A stretch of DNA of 30,562 bases from Oculatellaceae cyanobacterium bins.114 (GCA_033764315.1 JANRJA010000020.1:1-30562), one strand, 5' to 3'; positions 9,650 to 18,898 are shown, counted from the stretch's first letter. Numbers and translations are program-made. The notes: generated from the sequence alone by a model not told the origin.

Positions 9650-10549
9650 ATGAATAAGATGTATTTACACTCCCTTAAAATCCGCCCGCTTCTAACACTG
9701 TCAATGGTTTTAGTGTTAGGTTTTGCAACGCTTTCGTGTAGTGTTCAATTAGAAGAACCTTTTGCAAACACCCCTCAAAATCAACAACCTGAGGTGCAAC
9801 CTGATCAAACTCAGCAGACTAATCAGAATCAGCTATCAGATGGTCAGTTTCCTGTGCAACAAGTCACCTATGATGACGCAACCGGAGAATATAGTGCAAT
9901 TCTATTGAATACAGCACATGGCGAGTCATCTAACTTTCGAGCAACTAATTTGCCAATGGCTCGATTGACCGATGCAGAAATTTCACAGGGTCAGAGTAGC
10001 TACTTAAAAGTAGACCAGGGACAGCCCTCCCTACACCTCACCGAAGATTTTCGGATTGAGTACGTTCATAACGTTGAAGAAACGGTTACTAACCCACAAA
10101 CGGGGCAGCCTGAAACAATAGTTGTGCAACGAGACACCAGTTTTTGGACTCCCTTTGCTGGAGCTTTAGCCGGACAGGCATTAGGTAGTTTACTCTTTAC
10201 TCCTCACTATTATTTGCCACCCGTCTATCGACCAGGGGGAGTGCTAGTTGGCTATGGTGGATATGGCAGAACCTATGACCAGGCCGTCTCGCGCTATCAA
10301 TCTCGCTATCAGGCTGCTCCGGCAGAGGTTCGTAACCGTCAAACCTTGCGAACTTCAGGGCGGCTACGATCGCCCCGTTATGGACAGCCTGGGCTTTCTC
10401 GCAGAACTCAACCTGGCGATCGCTCAACCGGATCAGGCTACGGCTCTAGTAACTTGCGGCGGCGCGATCGCCTGACACCTCCTAGAAGTAATCGTAGTCC
10501 GGGCTTTGGCAGTGCTAGACCTCGCAGTTTTGGGGGCAGACGCCGTTAA
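9650..10549 (+). CDS. Putative lipoprotein with Arg/Ser/Gly-rich C-terminal tail
   Basis: Signal peptide ending ATLSC; Gln-rich linker; hydrophobic FWTPFAGALAGQALGSLLF; tail ...GSGYGSS...PGFGS..RSFGGRRR. Confidence 0.75.
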   Translation: MNKMYLHSLKIRPLLTLSMVLVLGFATLSCSVQLEEPFANTPQNQQPEVQPDQTQQTNQNQLSDGQFPVQQVTYDDATGEYSAILLNTAHGESSNFRATNLPMARLTDAEISQGQSSYLKVDQGQPSLHLTEDFRIEYVHNVEETVTNPQTGQPETIVVQRDTSFWTPFAGALAGQALGSLLFTPHYYLPPVYRPGGVLVGYGGYGRTYDQAVSRYQSRYQAAPAEVRNRQTLRTSGRLRSPRYGQPGLSRRTQPGDRSTGSGYGSSNLRRRDRLTPPRSNRSPGFGSARPRSFGGRRR

Positions 10550-11307
10550 TTATTGTTGTTACATTTAACTGCTTGAAAGAAATACAACTCCCAATTCATC
10601 CAGCATTCTTGAGCGGTGGCAGTGTATCCTAAATAGGTGTTAATGCCCTCTAAAATCTGGGCATCGGTTGCCTGATCAATGCCAAATAGCAATTTGCAGT
10701 ATCGAACCATATCATTGATGTGACTAAATCGCCAATGATATTGGATTGGCTCTGCGTAAGCGACTTGAAAGCCAACCCCTTCTAACTCTCGCTGAGTGGT
10801 TTGATTTAGAAATTCACCTTTGTGCCCCATCGAGTTGTGTTGATCTACAAAAATATTGAGGAATCCTGCTACACCCGATCCTTCTCTTACATCTGCCAAA
10901 CAAAATATTCCGTCTTGTTTTAACAGGCGATGAACTTCTTGGTAAAAATTAGGTTTGCTAGGTAAGTGGTGTGAACCTGCCAAACTGATAACTCGATCAA
11001 TACTTTCTGACATCAGTGAAATATTGCTCACGTCTTGACATAACAAGGGGATGTTATTTTCTTGCTTTTTAGACTGCTTGATAAATTCACTAGACGTTTC
11101 AACTGAAAATAATTTGACTGATTTGTGAACAAAATTTTTGAGATAGCATCCCCCTGAAGGGACATCGCATACAACATTACCATCTTCTAACTTTGCGATG
11201 TGAATAGCATTCTCAAATTCTTCTCGTCTGGCATTCGGATATTCAACCATTGCTTGATGATATTGTATGCCACGCAGATTAAAGATATCGGTATACGTCT
11301 CAAACAT
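10546..11307 (-). CDS. Class I SAM-dependent methyltransferase
   Basis: Motif I VVCDVPSGGCY; motif II DRVISLAGSHHL; motif III HRLLKQDGIFCLAD. Confidence 0.88.
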   Translation of the reverse strand: MFETYTDIFNLRGIQYHQAMVEYPNARREEFENAIHIAKLEDGNVVCDVPSGGCYLKNFVHKSVKLFSVETSSEFIKQSKKQENNIPLLCQDVSNISLMSESIDRVISLAGSHHLPSKPNFYQEVHRLLKQDGIFCLADVREGSGVAGFLNIFVDQHNSMGHKGEFLNQTTQRELEGVGFQVAYAEPIQYHWRFSHINDMVRYCKLLFGIDQATDAQILEGINTYLGYTATAQECWMNWELYFFQAVKCNNNN

Positions 11308-11349
11308 GACAGATCCTCCATAAAGGTCATCAGATACGGTATCGATGAG

Positions 11350-12531
11350 TCAATTTTTGATAGCAGAACGAAGCTGTTTAAGGGGTTGCTTTAAAGAATC
11401 AGGAATGCAAGATTGTAAGAACTGAATGAATTGATTACGGCGAATTGCTTGTTCTAATGCCTGCACCCAGGAGTCAGAAATATTTGCTTGTTGGGCTGCC
11501 TGTAACACATCCTTGAGAGCGTCTAATTGAGCATGTCTTACTCGTATTGACCGAATTTCCTGATTTGTAACAGTCCGGTCAAAGCAAGATGGAGCATCAA
11601 TTCCCACAACGCGGAAATTCAAAATATCGCGAATGCACTTTTCGCATTGTCCACAATTACGATATTTTTCGGCTCCTTCCCAACACACTCTGAGATGATG
11701 TGATGCTTCGTCCCACGTAGAAATGTGCTGAATCTTCTTCTCTCGTCTGGATTCTATCCCATCATGGACGATTTCAAAGCTTTGACTAGACAAAAGGGAG
11801 TCTGTGAGAGGATTAGAACCATAACGAAAGTCTACGTCGTAGTAGGAATGCGATGAGGGAATCAAGCCTGTAGTGTAGTAGTTTTGAAATAGCATCAAAC
11901 AGGAGGCGATCGCTGTTCCAAACACATCTTCCCAATCCAGCTTAACCACTTGACGAAAGTTAGTTGCCACAGGGATCAAATCCATCTCCATACTAGACAG
12001 CATGTTCCTGGCATTCGCAACTGCCTTATCAAAGGAATCAGTCTGTTTGAGCGGAATATCAAACCCGTGCACAATCATGCCTGTTTTTAGATTGCGTTGA
12101 TGCTTTCTGCCGATACCTCGACGATGAGATAGTACGGTGTAGCAACTATCGACCCCACCTGAAAAAGCTGTAATCGCTCGTTCTTCAGCATTTGCCTTTT
12201 GCTGTTCTTGTTCCGTTTCAGCCTGAATAGCAATGGTATGATATTTGGTCGATCGCCAACACGACCAAGCCGTTTGAAACTCTTCCAGATGAGAGAGCAA
12301 AGAAGGGGATACCGTACTATGAACCACTAGATCTGCGGCTTGGTTCATTGCCATGAAAAGAGTAGCAATCACAAAGGGATCACAGCTTTGGGTTAAATAG
12401 CTACCGTATTTACGGGGGATGCGGTACCAAAGCAATTTGCGTGGTTGCTGAGGGAATTCAATCGTCGCACTCAGAGTGATAAATTCATCAGTTGCGATCG
12501 CTTCTTCTTGCCAAAGATGTATCTGGTTCAT
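11350..12531 (-). CDS. QueC-like PP-loop ATP-pyrophosphatase with C-terminal Cys4 (Zn) motif; function unknown
   Basis: AFSGGVDS PP-loop; VCW...NCGQCEKC. Start MNQIHL at 12531 avoids the overlap with the upstream gene. Confidence 0.75.
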   Translation of the reverse strand: MNQIHLWQEEAIATDEFITLSATIEFPQQPRKLLWYRIPRKYGSYLTQSCDPFVIATLFMAMNQAADLVVHSTVSPSLLSHLEEFQTAWSCWRSTKYHTIAIQAETEQEQQKANAEERAITAFSGGVDSCYTVLSHRRGIGRKHQRNLKTGMIVHGFDIPLKQTDSFDKAVANARNMLSSMEMDLIPVATNFRQVVKLDWEDVFGTAIASCLMLFQNYYTTGLIPSSHSYYDVDFRYGSNPLTDSLLSSQSFEIVHDGIESRREKKIQHISTWDEASHHLRVCWEGAEKYRNCGQCEKCIRDILNFRVVGIDAPSCFDRTVTNQEIRSIRVRHAQLDALKDVLQAAQQANISDSWVQALEQAIRRNQFIQFLQSCIPDSLKQPLKQLRSAIKN

Positions 12532-12562
12532 ACCTGTTACCTGCCTCTCTCGCAACACAACC

Positions 12563-14365
12563 CTACAGATGGTCAGCAGACCACAATAAAAAGCCAATAA
12601 GAGTTTTAATTCCAGATGCCCCCGTGATGGCATCCCGCTTGAGTTCCAGTGCTGCATGGGGGGCGGGTAGTAGTTGATCCAAAACATCCTTGTGAAACAG
12701 ATGCTGCACCTTGTCACGCTGGGATTCAGCATTGCCACGAATTGCTCGCCAACCAGCGTTGTCGCTATTTAACACTCGATAGTAATAGCGCCGCTCATAG
12801 CCTAACCGCCGTTGTAAGCCCCACCAACGACGCTGCATTTGAAATAACGGTGCCAGTCGTTGACGTGTAGGGGAAGGTTTGAGGGGTTCAATATTATGGG
12901 AATTGCGGTCGATGGGCAGTCGGGCGAGGTGAGGGAAGCGATCGCACAATAGTTGTCTCTGAGCTTTACGACCATCTATCGTCTCAGCAGGAATGGCAGC
13001 ACACACCTCTAACAATTGCCGATCTAAAATTGGCAGTGTAGACCAAGCTTTAAAGCTTAATCGCCATGCGCTTGCTCCGACGTGAAAGCGTTGTCGATGG
13101 TTGAGCTTAAATTGCCCTGCTCGTCTGAACTCAATGTCAGAGTAGTCATTATAGATCGCTTGCATACGAGCCAATCTGTCCTGCACCAGATCAGCAAATA
13201 CCTCGCGCCGTAATAACGTTTTCAATATTTCTGGCGAGAGACCCCAACCATTTACTCCTCGCCTAAAAAAGGTATCAAAGGACACAGGCTTGAGAAACAG
13301 GCGATCGGGTTGCGGTCCTCCCATAATCAAATCCAGGGACAATCCTGCTGTGATTCTGTGACCCAACAGATGCAAATTGTCATTAAAATCATCAAAAACA
13401 ATGCTGAATCCATTTGTAAGATGCTCCCATTTAGCACACAAGTGAGCATATTCAAGGTAGCGATCGAATTGAGCTTGATAGGTGTGGTGTGGCAGTCCCA
13501 GCGTACGAGTAACCCCCACTGCACACTGCATTTCCAAATCAGATTGCTTACCTAACGTCAATGCAACGGTGTTGATGTTTTGGCGATGCAAATAGCCTGC
13601 TAGCAACCGTGAATCTAACCCACCAGATAGCATCAAAACGTAGCTCTCTGTAGCTATCATTTGATGGTCGATCGCTTGATTGAGGGCATTATCCAGCGCA
13701 TCTAATTGCTCTGCGTGGGAAAGAGCACTGTACTTGTCATAGGGCAGCGATCGCGGAATGCTATACTGCGTCACCTCTTTTACAGGCTTGTCAGGTGCAG
13801 CCACCAGCAAACATCCTGCCCCTAATCGGTAGACCCCCGACCAGAGCGTTTGCCCATCCACCAACCCATTTGTCAACAAAATACCAACCAACCCAGCAGG
13901 GTTAAATTGCCGGTGAAAACAGGGATGATATTGCAATAATTCTGGGCTAGAAGCAACCAGTAACACTTCACCCCGCTGATAGTAGTAAACCGGAAATAGT
14001 CCTAAAATATCGGCTCCTACCGTCAGTCCTCGTTCTGGGTGATAGGCGATCGCCACATAAAATCCATCAAATGATGCAAAGATACTGGGGTCTGCTCCCT
14101 GCCATTTTTCCCGAATGTTTGTTGCTGTCATGCGGTCTGAGCTATAAGGTGCGATCGCCTCACCTAACAACACACCTGCCCCAGCAGCATCGGTTTCATA
14201 GCTGACGGGAGCTATCGGACTGGCTGCCCAAACCATCACAAAATTGCCCGATTCACACAAATAGGTGAGCAGTCCATCAACCGGAGGTAACATGGGTGTG
14301 ATGGTTTTAATGAACTGCGATCGTCGCTCTGGATTGGAGTCTACAACGGCAACAAAATTAGCCAT
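12563..14365 (-). CDS. Asparagine synthase-related protein (AsnB-like amide ligase) lacking the N-terminal nucleophile Cys
   Basis: Ntn-like DGFYVAIAY...GADILGLFPVYY; PP-loop LMLSGGLDSRL; PILDRQL. Begins MANF rather than MC. Confidence 0.85.
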   Translation of the reverse strand: MANFVAVVDSNPERRSQFIKTITPMLPPVDGLLTYLCESGNFVMVWAASPIAPVSYETDAAGAGVLLGEAIAPYSSDRMTATNIREKWQGADPSIFASFDGFYVAIAYHPERGLTVGADILGLFPVYYYQRGEVLLVASSPELLQYHPCFHRQFNPAGLVGILLTNGLVDGQTLWSGVYRLGAGCLLVAAPDKPVKEVTQYSIPRSLPYDKYSALSHAEQLDALDNALNQAIDHQMIATESYVLMLSGGLDSRLLAGYLHRQNINTVALTLGKQSDLEMQCAVGVTRTLGLPHHTYQAQFDRYLEYAHLCAKWEHLTNGFSIVFDDFNDNLHLLGHRITAGLSLDLIMGGPQPDRLFLKPVSFDTFFRRGVNGWGLSPEILKTLLRREVFADLVQDRLARMQAIYNDYSDIEFRRAGQFKLNHRQRFHVGASAWRLSFKAWSTLPILDRQLLEVCAAIPAETIDGRKAQRQLLCDRFPHLARLPIDRNSHNIEPLKPSPTRQRLAPLFQMQRRWWGLQRRLGYERRYYYRVLNSDNAGWRAIRGNAESQRDKVQHLFHKDVLDQLLPAPHAALELKRDAITGASGIKTLIGFLLWSADHL

Positions 14366-14409
14366 AACAATTTCAGGAAGCAGGAATTGAGTGCAAAAGA
14401 GGAGTATCT

Positions 14410-15531
14410 TCAGTAGGCTATAGGTCTTATTGAAGAATTGAATGGAGTTTGGGCAGTGTGAGTGAGGAGTTCTTCAATTGCAGCTTGAGTATGAGAGGGA
14501 TCAGTCACAAAAGTGCAAAATGGAATGTCCTTTGTCCAGGTTTGATAGAAGGCTTCATTTTTGTGATAGGAGTTAGGTAAGAAGACGTGAGGAATATTTA
14601 ATAGAACTGATAAGATATGGCCGTGGAGGCGATTGGTGACAATTAAACGATGTTGTTGAAACTGATATAACCCACTATGCATAAAGCTCCACGATTGGCG
14701 ATGCATTGCAGGATTGTAGAGATTTGAAAATATATCGTTATGAGCATAAGCTGACAACCAAATTTGGCGAGACAGCCATTCCCGTGGTGTGGTTAATCCT
14801 CGTTGCCAACCTTCTCGAACAGCTTGAGCGATCGCCCGTTTCAGTGAAGATTGATTTGCGCCCAATACCCAGTCATAGGATGCCCAATCTTGCACAACTA
14901 AATTAGGAACGTTGAGTGTAGGAATGCAGGAGCGATTCAACTCGCGATCCGTGCGGCAATGATAGAGAATGGTGGAAGAAACAGGTAAATTCAGTGATAA
15001 ATCAGGCATTCCTGCCAGTTGAAACACCATATCAGGTGCCATCAACACTCGACAGTTATGAAAGTGTTGAAGTGCAAAGTCATAGCTAAACTGATCGCGG
15101 GTAAACAGGGTCAAGTTTGGATGAGCATTAAAGATCTCCACTGCCCGTTTGAGGTTATCAGCATTTGCAAAATAAATGCTTTGCGGCAAGATGATAATTG
15201 GGCGATCGCGATAGTGGCTAATAATGTGTTCTCGAAATTGCTGACAGGGCATCCACAGATCACCCAAATTACCTCCCCCATTCAGCAAAATCGGTGCATC
15301 CCCCATTTGCTGTTCCATTGCTGCGGCAGAAAAGGTATTGGCACTGGCAGCATAAACAATTTTGCTTTTGAGTGTCTGCGTTAAATAAAAGACAGACCCC
15401 AACCAAATCAAGTGATCACCTAGATTTAAATAATCGGGGTAATCGAGTAAAACACAGCGATCAAATGTTTCTAGCTGCCCTAAAACCTGATGGAGCGATC
15501 GTTTCAAAGATTCTGCTGTTGAGTCAGTCAT
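14410..15531 (-). CDS. Polysaccharide pyruvyl transferase family protein
   Basis: NLGDHLIW; GGGNLGDLW; LPQSIYF; FTRD; MAPDMVF; TNRLHGHILS. Confidence 0.92.
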   Translation of the reverse strand: MTDSTAESLKRSLHQVLGQLETFDRCVLLDYPDYLNLGDHLIWLGSVFYLTQTLKSKIVYAASANTFSAAAMEQQMGDAPILLNGGGNLGDLWMPCQQFREHIISHYRDRPIIILPQSIYFANADNLKRAVEIFNAHPNLTLFTRDQFSYDFALQHFHNCRVLMAPDMVFQLAGMPDLSLNLPVSSTILYHCRTDRELNRSCIPTLNVPNLVVQDWASYDWVLGANQSSLKRAIAQAVREGWQRGLTTPREWLSRQIWLSAYAHNDIFSNLYNPAMHRQSWSFMHSGLYQFQQHRLIVTNRLHGHILSVLLNIPHVFLPNSYHKNEAFYQTWTKDIPFCTFVTDPSHTQAAIEELLTHTAQTPFNSSIRPIAY

Positions 15532-15551
15532 AGAGTGATGAACCTCAATAC

Positions 15552-16583
15552 TTAATTTTTCAATTCGCTTGAATACTGACCAGCAGAATTAAGTCTGATT
15601 TGACTCTTATAAAGCCAATCAGGAAATTGAGCGATACAACTATTAATCCAGTGATTACAAAGGTAAAAAGGACTAATCAGGCTACTGCATAAAAATTCCC
15701 ATTCGCAAGTAGCGATCAAGTCAACCTTGATCGACTTTCGATGTTTTAAATAAAATAAAATGATCTTTCGCAGATCGTTCACTAAATAGAGTAGAGGAAC
15801 CAATGGCTTCTGCCAAAATGTAGTTCGGATCATCCGAATATGAAATCTAGCTAATCCGATACCGCGAATCAGTGGAATTAAATAAGCCGCTTCTAATCGA
15901 GAACTGGGTATTTTGTGATGAACCTGCATCGCTGGGTTATACCAAATTTGCCAACCTGCATTCTGGATGTGGCAAATTGCCTCCAGATCTTCACTGGCTA
16001 ACATGGATTGATTCACTCTACCCTTCAGCAAAAGCTTTTCAGGAACGTGACTTTGCCAAGCACTACGTCTGACCACCAACCCAGCTCCTGGTGGCAACAT
16101 TTTCCGTTTTGGCTCATAGATAAAGGCTTTTTGACCTCGTTCTACAACAGCTAAAAAACAAGCTATTTTCTTAAAATTCTTAGGTGGAGCTTTCTCAAAA
16201 TCGCCATGAATTTGACTACCGTAAGCTCCGGCTTTGGGGTTCTCTTGACCAAATTGATACGCTTGGGAAACCCAATCTAAACTGGGCAGATTATCGTCAT
16301 CTAGAAATCCAATTAAGCTGCTCTTAGCACTTAAAATTGCTCGCTGTCTCGCAAAAGCTAATCCTTGATTAGGTTCACAACAATAAATTAAATGGCAATT
16401 TTTTAGCCATTTCCTTTGATAATCACGGACAACTTCTGCTGTTTTGTCAGTGCTGTTATTATCAACAACAATAACTTCCCAAAAAATAGCCTCTGTATGA
16501 ATTTGGAATTTCAATTGTTCCAGTACTTGAGGTAAACGTTTTTCCCCATTGTAGGTACAAATAGCCACAGTAAAATTAACCAT
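15552..16583 (-). CDS. hpsE: GT2 glycosyltransferase, hormogonium polysaccharide HpsE-like
   Basis: FTVAICTYNGEKRLP; VVDNNSTD; FLDDDNLP; AGAYGSQIHGDFE; LPPGAGLVVRR; EDLEA; IWYNP. Confidence 0.8.
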   Translation of the reverse strand: MVNFTVAICTYNGEKRLPQVLEQLKFQIHTEAIFWEVIVVDNNSTDKTAEVVRDYQRKWLKNCHLIYCCEPNQGLAFARQRAILSAKSSLIGFLDDDNLPSLDWVSQAYQFGQENPKAGAYGSQIHGDFEKAPPKNFKKIACFLAVVERGQKAFIYEPKRKMLPPGAGLVVRRSAWQSHVPEKLLLKGRVNQSMLASEDLEAICHIQNAGWQIWYNPAMQVHHKIPSSRLEAAYLIPLIRGIGLARFHIRMIRTTFWQKPLVPLLYLVNDLRKIILFYLKHRKSIKVDLIATCEWEFLCSSLISPFYLCNHWINSCIAQFPDWLYKSQIRLNSAGQYSSELKN

Positions 16584-16901
16584 ATTGGTTCGAGTAGGTT
16601 ATGGTTGTATTCCCAACCTTTTTAATGGATATTTGACAGGATGAATTGCTGGATTAAGTCAACACCATGCAGATATAAACTAATAAGCTCAAATAGATCC
16701 CCTTTAGGAGAAATCTTGGCATTGCTGGATGGAAAATGCCTTAGTTTGTGATGGTTTTTACAAAAAAAACATGCGGTCTAGTCACTTCCTTAAAATTTCA
16801 AGGTTTCTTGAACGACCAAGCTAGGGTAGCGATCGCCCGACCCCACCCAGAAGTAACCGTCGTCCGGGCTTTGGCAAACCTGCACCGAGGCTTTGCTGTC
16901 A

Positions 16902-16931
16902 GGGCATGGCAATGTGCCACATGCCATGCCC
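16902..16931. repeat. REP-like GC-rich palindrome
   Basis: GGGCATGGCA (16902-16911) / TGCCATGCCC (16922-16931), perfect 10-bp arms. Confidence 0.6.
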
Positions 16932-17176
16932 CTATCCCAGAAATTACACCTGATTAAATTCACGATCCTGGATAAGCTCACTAGGTGTTTCGACGAAAGA
17001 AAAAAAGTCGCCCATCCTCCATTGGCAGAGTAAATTAATACTATTGCAGCCGCAAGGCTAGCTCAGACAAACTTGATTCACACTCTGAATCTTCATCCTC
17101 TTGCCCGGTGGGTGAGTGGATAGGGTGAGCCTTTGCCGAACGCTTACCAAACTATTACCCTCTGCCTTCTTTACAG

Positions 17177-17668
17177 ATGACACTCGAAACCTTTTTCACA
17201 GACTACCGTATTCCCATTATTCTTTTAATGCTCGTTACCCCGTGGATGACCTACCTGCTGTGTTATTTCATCCCAACTCAACGAGAAGAGCCGTTTATCT
17301 TGAGTGTCAATCTGTGGCTGTCTGTCGTTAGCATGTTGTTTTTGGCAGGTTATCTGGCTTACATCACCAACACTGGGGGATGGGAGCAACTGGTCAAACA
17401 GGCTGATGTTTTTTTGCTGATTCTGCCACCTTATCACTTAATTACTTCAGTGTGGCTGTCACGCCAACGGCTTCCCCTAGAAATGATTCCGGCATTTCGT
17501 ACCCTGCAAGGGTTGGTTCTGATGGGGGGAATTTATTTAGTTTTCTCCTGGTTGGCATCCAGAATTTATATTGTATTTTTCTCGTATATGCCGTTTAACT
17601 CGTTTTTGCTTATCCTGGCGGTGTTATTGGGTATTGGTTATTTGGGCTATCGCAAGGTGTTTGATTAA
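17177..17668 (+). CDS. Hypothetical integral membrane protein (about 5 TM)
   Basis: 163 aa with repeated hydrophobic stretches and no recognised catalytic motif. Confidence 0.75.
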   Translation: MTLETFFTDYRIPIILLMLVTPWMTYLLCYFIPTQREEPFILSVNLWLSVVSMLFLAGYLAYITNTGGWEQLVKQADVFLLILPPYHLITSVWLSRQRLPLEMIPAFRTLQGLVLMGGIYLVFSWLASRIYIVFFSYMPFNSFLLILAVLLGIGYLGYRKVFD

Positions 17669-17762
17669 AATGCTCAAATCTCTAGTTTCTCAGAGAAATC
17701 GGAGATCTCAAGCTCAGCTACACAAATCGATGTTGCTAAAGGTGAGGACTTGTAATGTTGTA

Positions 17763-17836
17763 GCCCCCTTAAATCCCCCCAATTTTGAGAGGCTTTGAGA
17801 ATCGAAAGTCCTCTACTTTTTGGGGGGTTGGGGGGC
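17763..17836. repeat. Cyanobacterial dispersed palindromic repeat (CCCCC-TAAAT-CCCCC...GGGGG type) between convergent genes
   Basis: GCCCCCTTAAATCCCCCCAA...TTGGGGGGTTGGGGGGC, with inner AGAGGCTTT/AAAGTCCTCT pairing. Confidence 0.65.
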
Positions 17837-17872
17837 AAATGTATATTTCTATTCAGCTGTGCCCGTAAATTT

Positions 17873-18271
17873 TTAGCGAGAGTTACAAACCCACATGACT
17901 GGGGCACAACCCTGACCATAGGCACTGCACGTCTCAACCGCATAGCCTTCGGCAATGGAGCGGTTAATTCCCCAACCAGAGCCATAGGCCCCATTAGGAG
18001 CGGTCGCTAACGCGCCACATGCATTGCGAAACCACAACAATACCTGGCAATCACCGCTTCGGGAAGCCGCTTCACACTCTCGCAGTGCCCGTGTCTCAGC
18101 ATCGCTTTGGTTAGCATAGTCACGAGAGTAGCCATATCCCTGGGTTGCTTCAGAATAAGCGATCGCCCCAAACTTATCGACTGCAAGTGCTTGTGTTGTT
18201 GCTACTAACACGATTGCCGGAAGACTTGCAACGGCTGCCCCAACCCTACGACCCCACTTCGATTTGAACAT
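17873..18271 (-). CDS. DUF4189-domain secreted protein
   Basis: Signal peptide; FGAIAYS...AETRALRECE...C...NACGALA; second half-repeat with paired Cys. Confidence 0.85.
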   Translation of the reverse strand: MFKSKWGRRVGAAVASLPAIVLVATTQALAVDKFGAIAYSEATQGYGYSRDYANQSDAETRALRECEAASRSGDCQVLLWFRNACGALATAPNGAYGSGWGINRSIAEGYAVETCSAYGQGCAPVMWVCNSR

Positions 18272-18437
18272 ATCCCTTCCTGGTGAAAAAACTGCTCAAA
18301 TCTAGCAGCATCTATTATTCATCGTCGAGGGAGTTTAACTATTCTTGTTCTTTGTCATTGACCCGGTCAGTAATGACAGAGGGGAGGGTTACGGTATATC
18401 CAAATTTTTGCTTTCTTGAAAAAGTCGCACCCGCAAC

Positions 18438-18453
18438 TTGACGTTAACGTTAA
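18438..18453 (+). promoter_or_regulatory. Palindromic operator overlapping a -35-like TTGACG (candidate MerR-type site)
   Basis: TTGACGTTAACGTTAA just upstream of the merR-type gene; related copies at 18883 and 18960. Confidence 0.65.
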
Positions 18454-18474
18454 AGTCGTGATAGAACTATTGGT

Positions 18475-18864
18475 GTGAACGACAAAATGCGTATTGGAGA
18501 ATTAGCCAAACAGGCAGGCGTGACCCCTCGCACTATTCGCTATTACGAGAGCTTAGGGCTACTCGGGCCAAGCGAGCGTGAGGGCAAAGGGTTTCGTTAT
18601 TATACCGAAGCCGAACTAGAGCGGTTAGAAAAAATTCACGCCTTTAAAGAGTTAGGACTGACCTTAGACGAAATCGCAGATGTGATGCCCTTGTATTACG
18701 CCGACCCAACTCGTCTAGAAGGCAAACGCAAAATTGTGGAAATTCTCAAAGGGCACCTTCAAGACACCGATGAAAAAATCCAGGCGTTAATCCAATTTCG
18801 CTCTGATTTGCAAAGCAATATCGATCGCATTCAACAATGGATCGATGCCCAAGTCGAAAGTTAG
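18475..18864 (+). CDS. MerR-family transcriptional regulator (no cysteines)
   Basis: MRIGELAKQAGVTPRTIRYYESLGLL...RYY...LGLTLDEI, then a coiled coil. Start GTG 18475 or ATG 18487. Confidence 0.95.
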   Translation: MNDKMRIGELAKQAGVTPRTIRYYESLGLLGPSEREGKGFRYYTEAELERLEKIHAFKELGLTLDEIADVMPLYYADPTRLEGKRKIVEILKGHLQDTDEKIQALIQFRSDLQSNIDRIQQWIDAQVES

Positions 18865-18882
18865 TTGTTTTTTAACCCAAAA

Positions 18883-18898
18883 TTAACGTTTACGTCGG
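18883..18898 (+). promoter_or_regulatory. Second copy of the operator motif
   Basis: TTAACGTTTACGTCGG, lying inside the hairpin TTTAACCC (18871-18878) / GGGTTAAA (18898-18905). Confidence 0.45.

Noticed and set aside
12532..12738. 69-aa extension of the QueC-like ORF overlapping the AsnB-like gene
   Set aside because: An artefact of longest-ORF calling. ATG 12531 gives a normal 31-bp gap.
16870..16900. GGCAAACC resembling a c-di-GMP-I riboswitch
   Set aside because: Lacks the GAAA-capped stem and downstream ACGCAAA elements.
17571..18010. Short ORFs (75, 106 and 71 aa) across the repeat
   Set aside because: They translate the dispersed repeat (PLNPP / GGLGG) or lie antisense to the DUF4189 gene.
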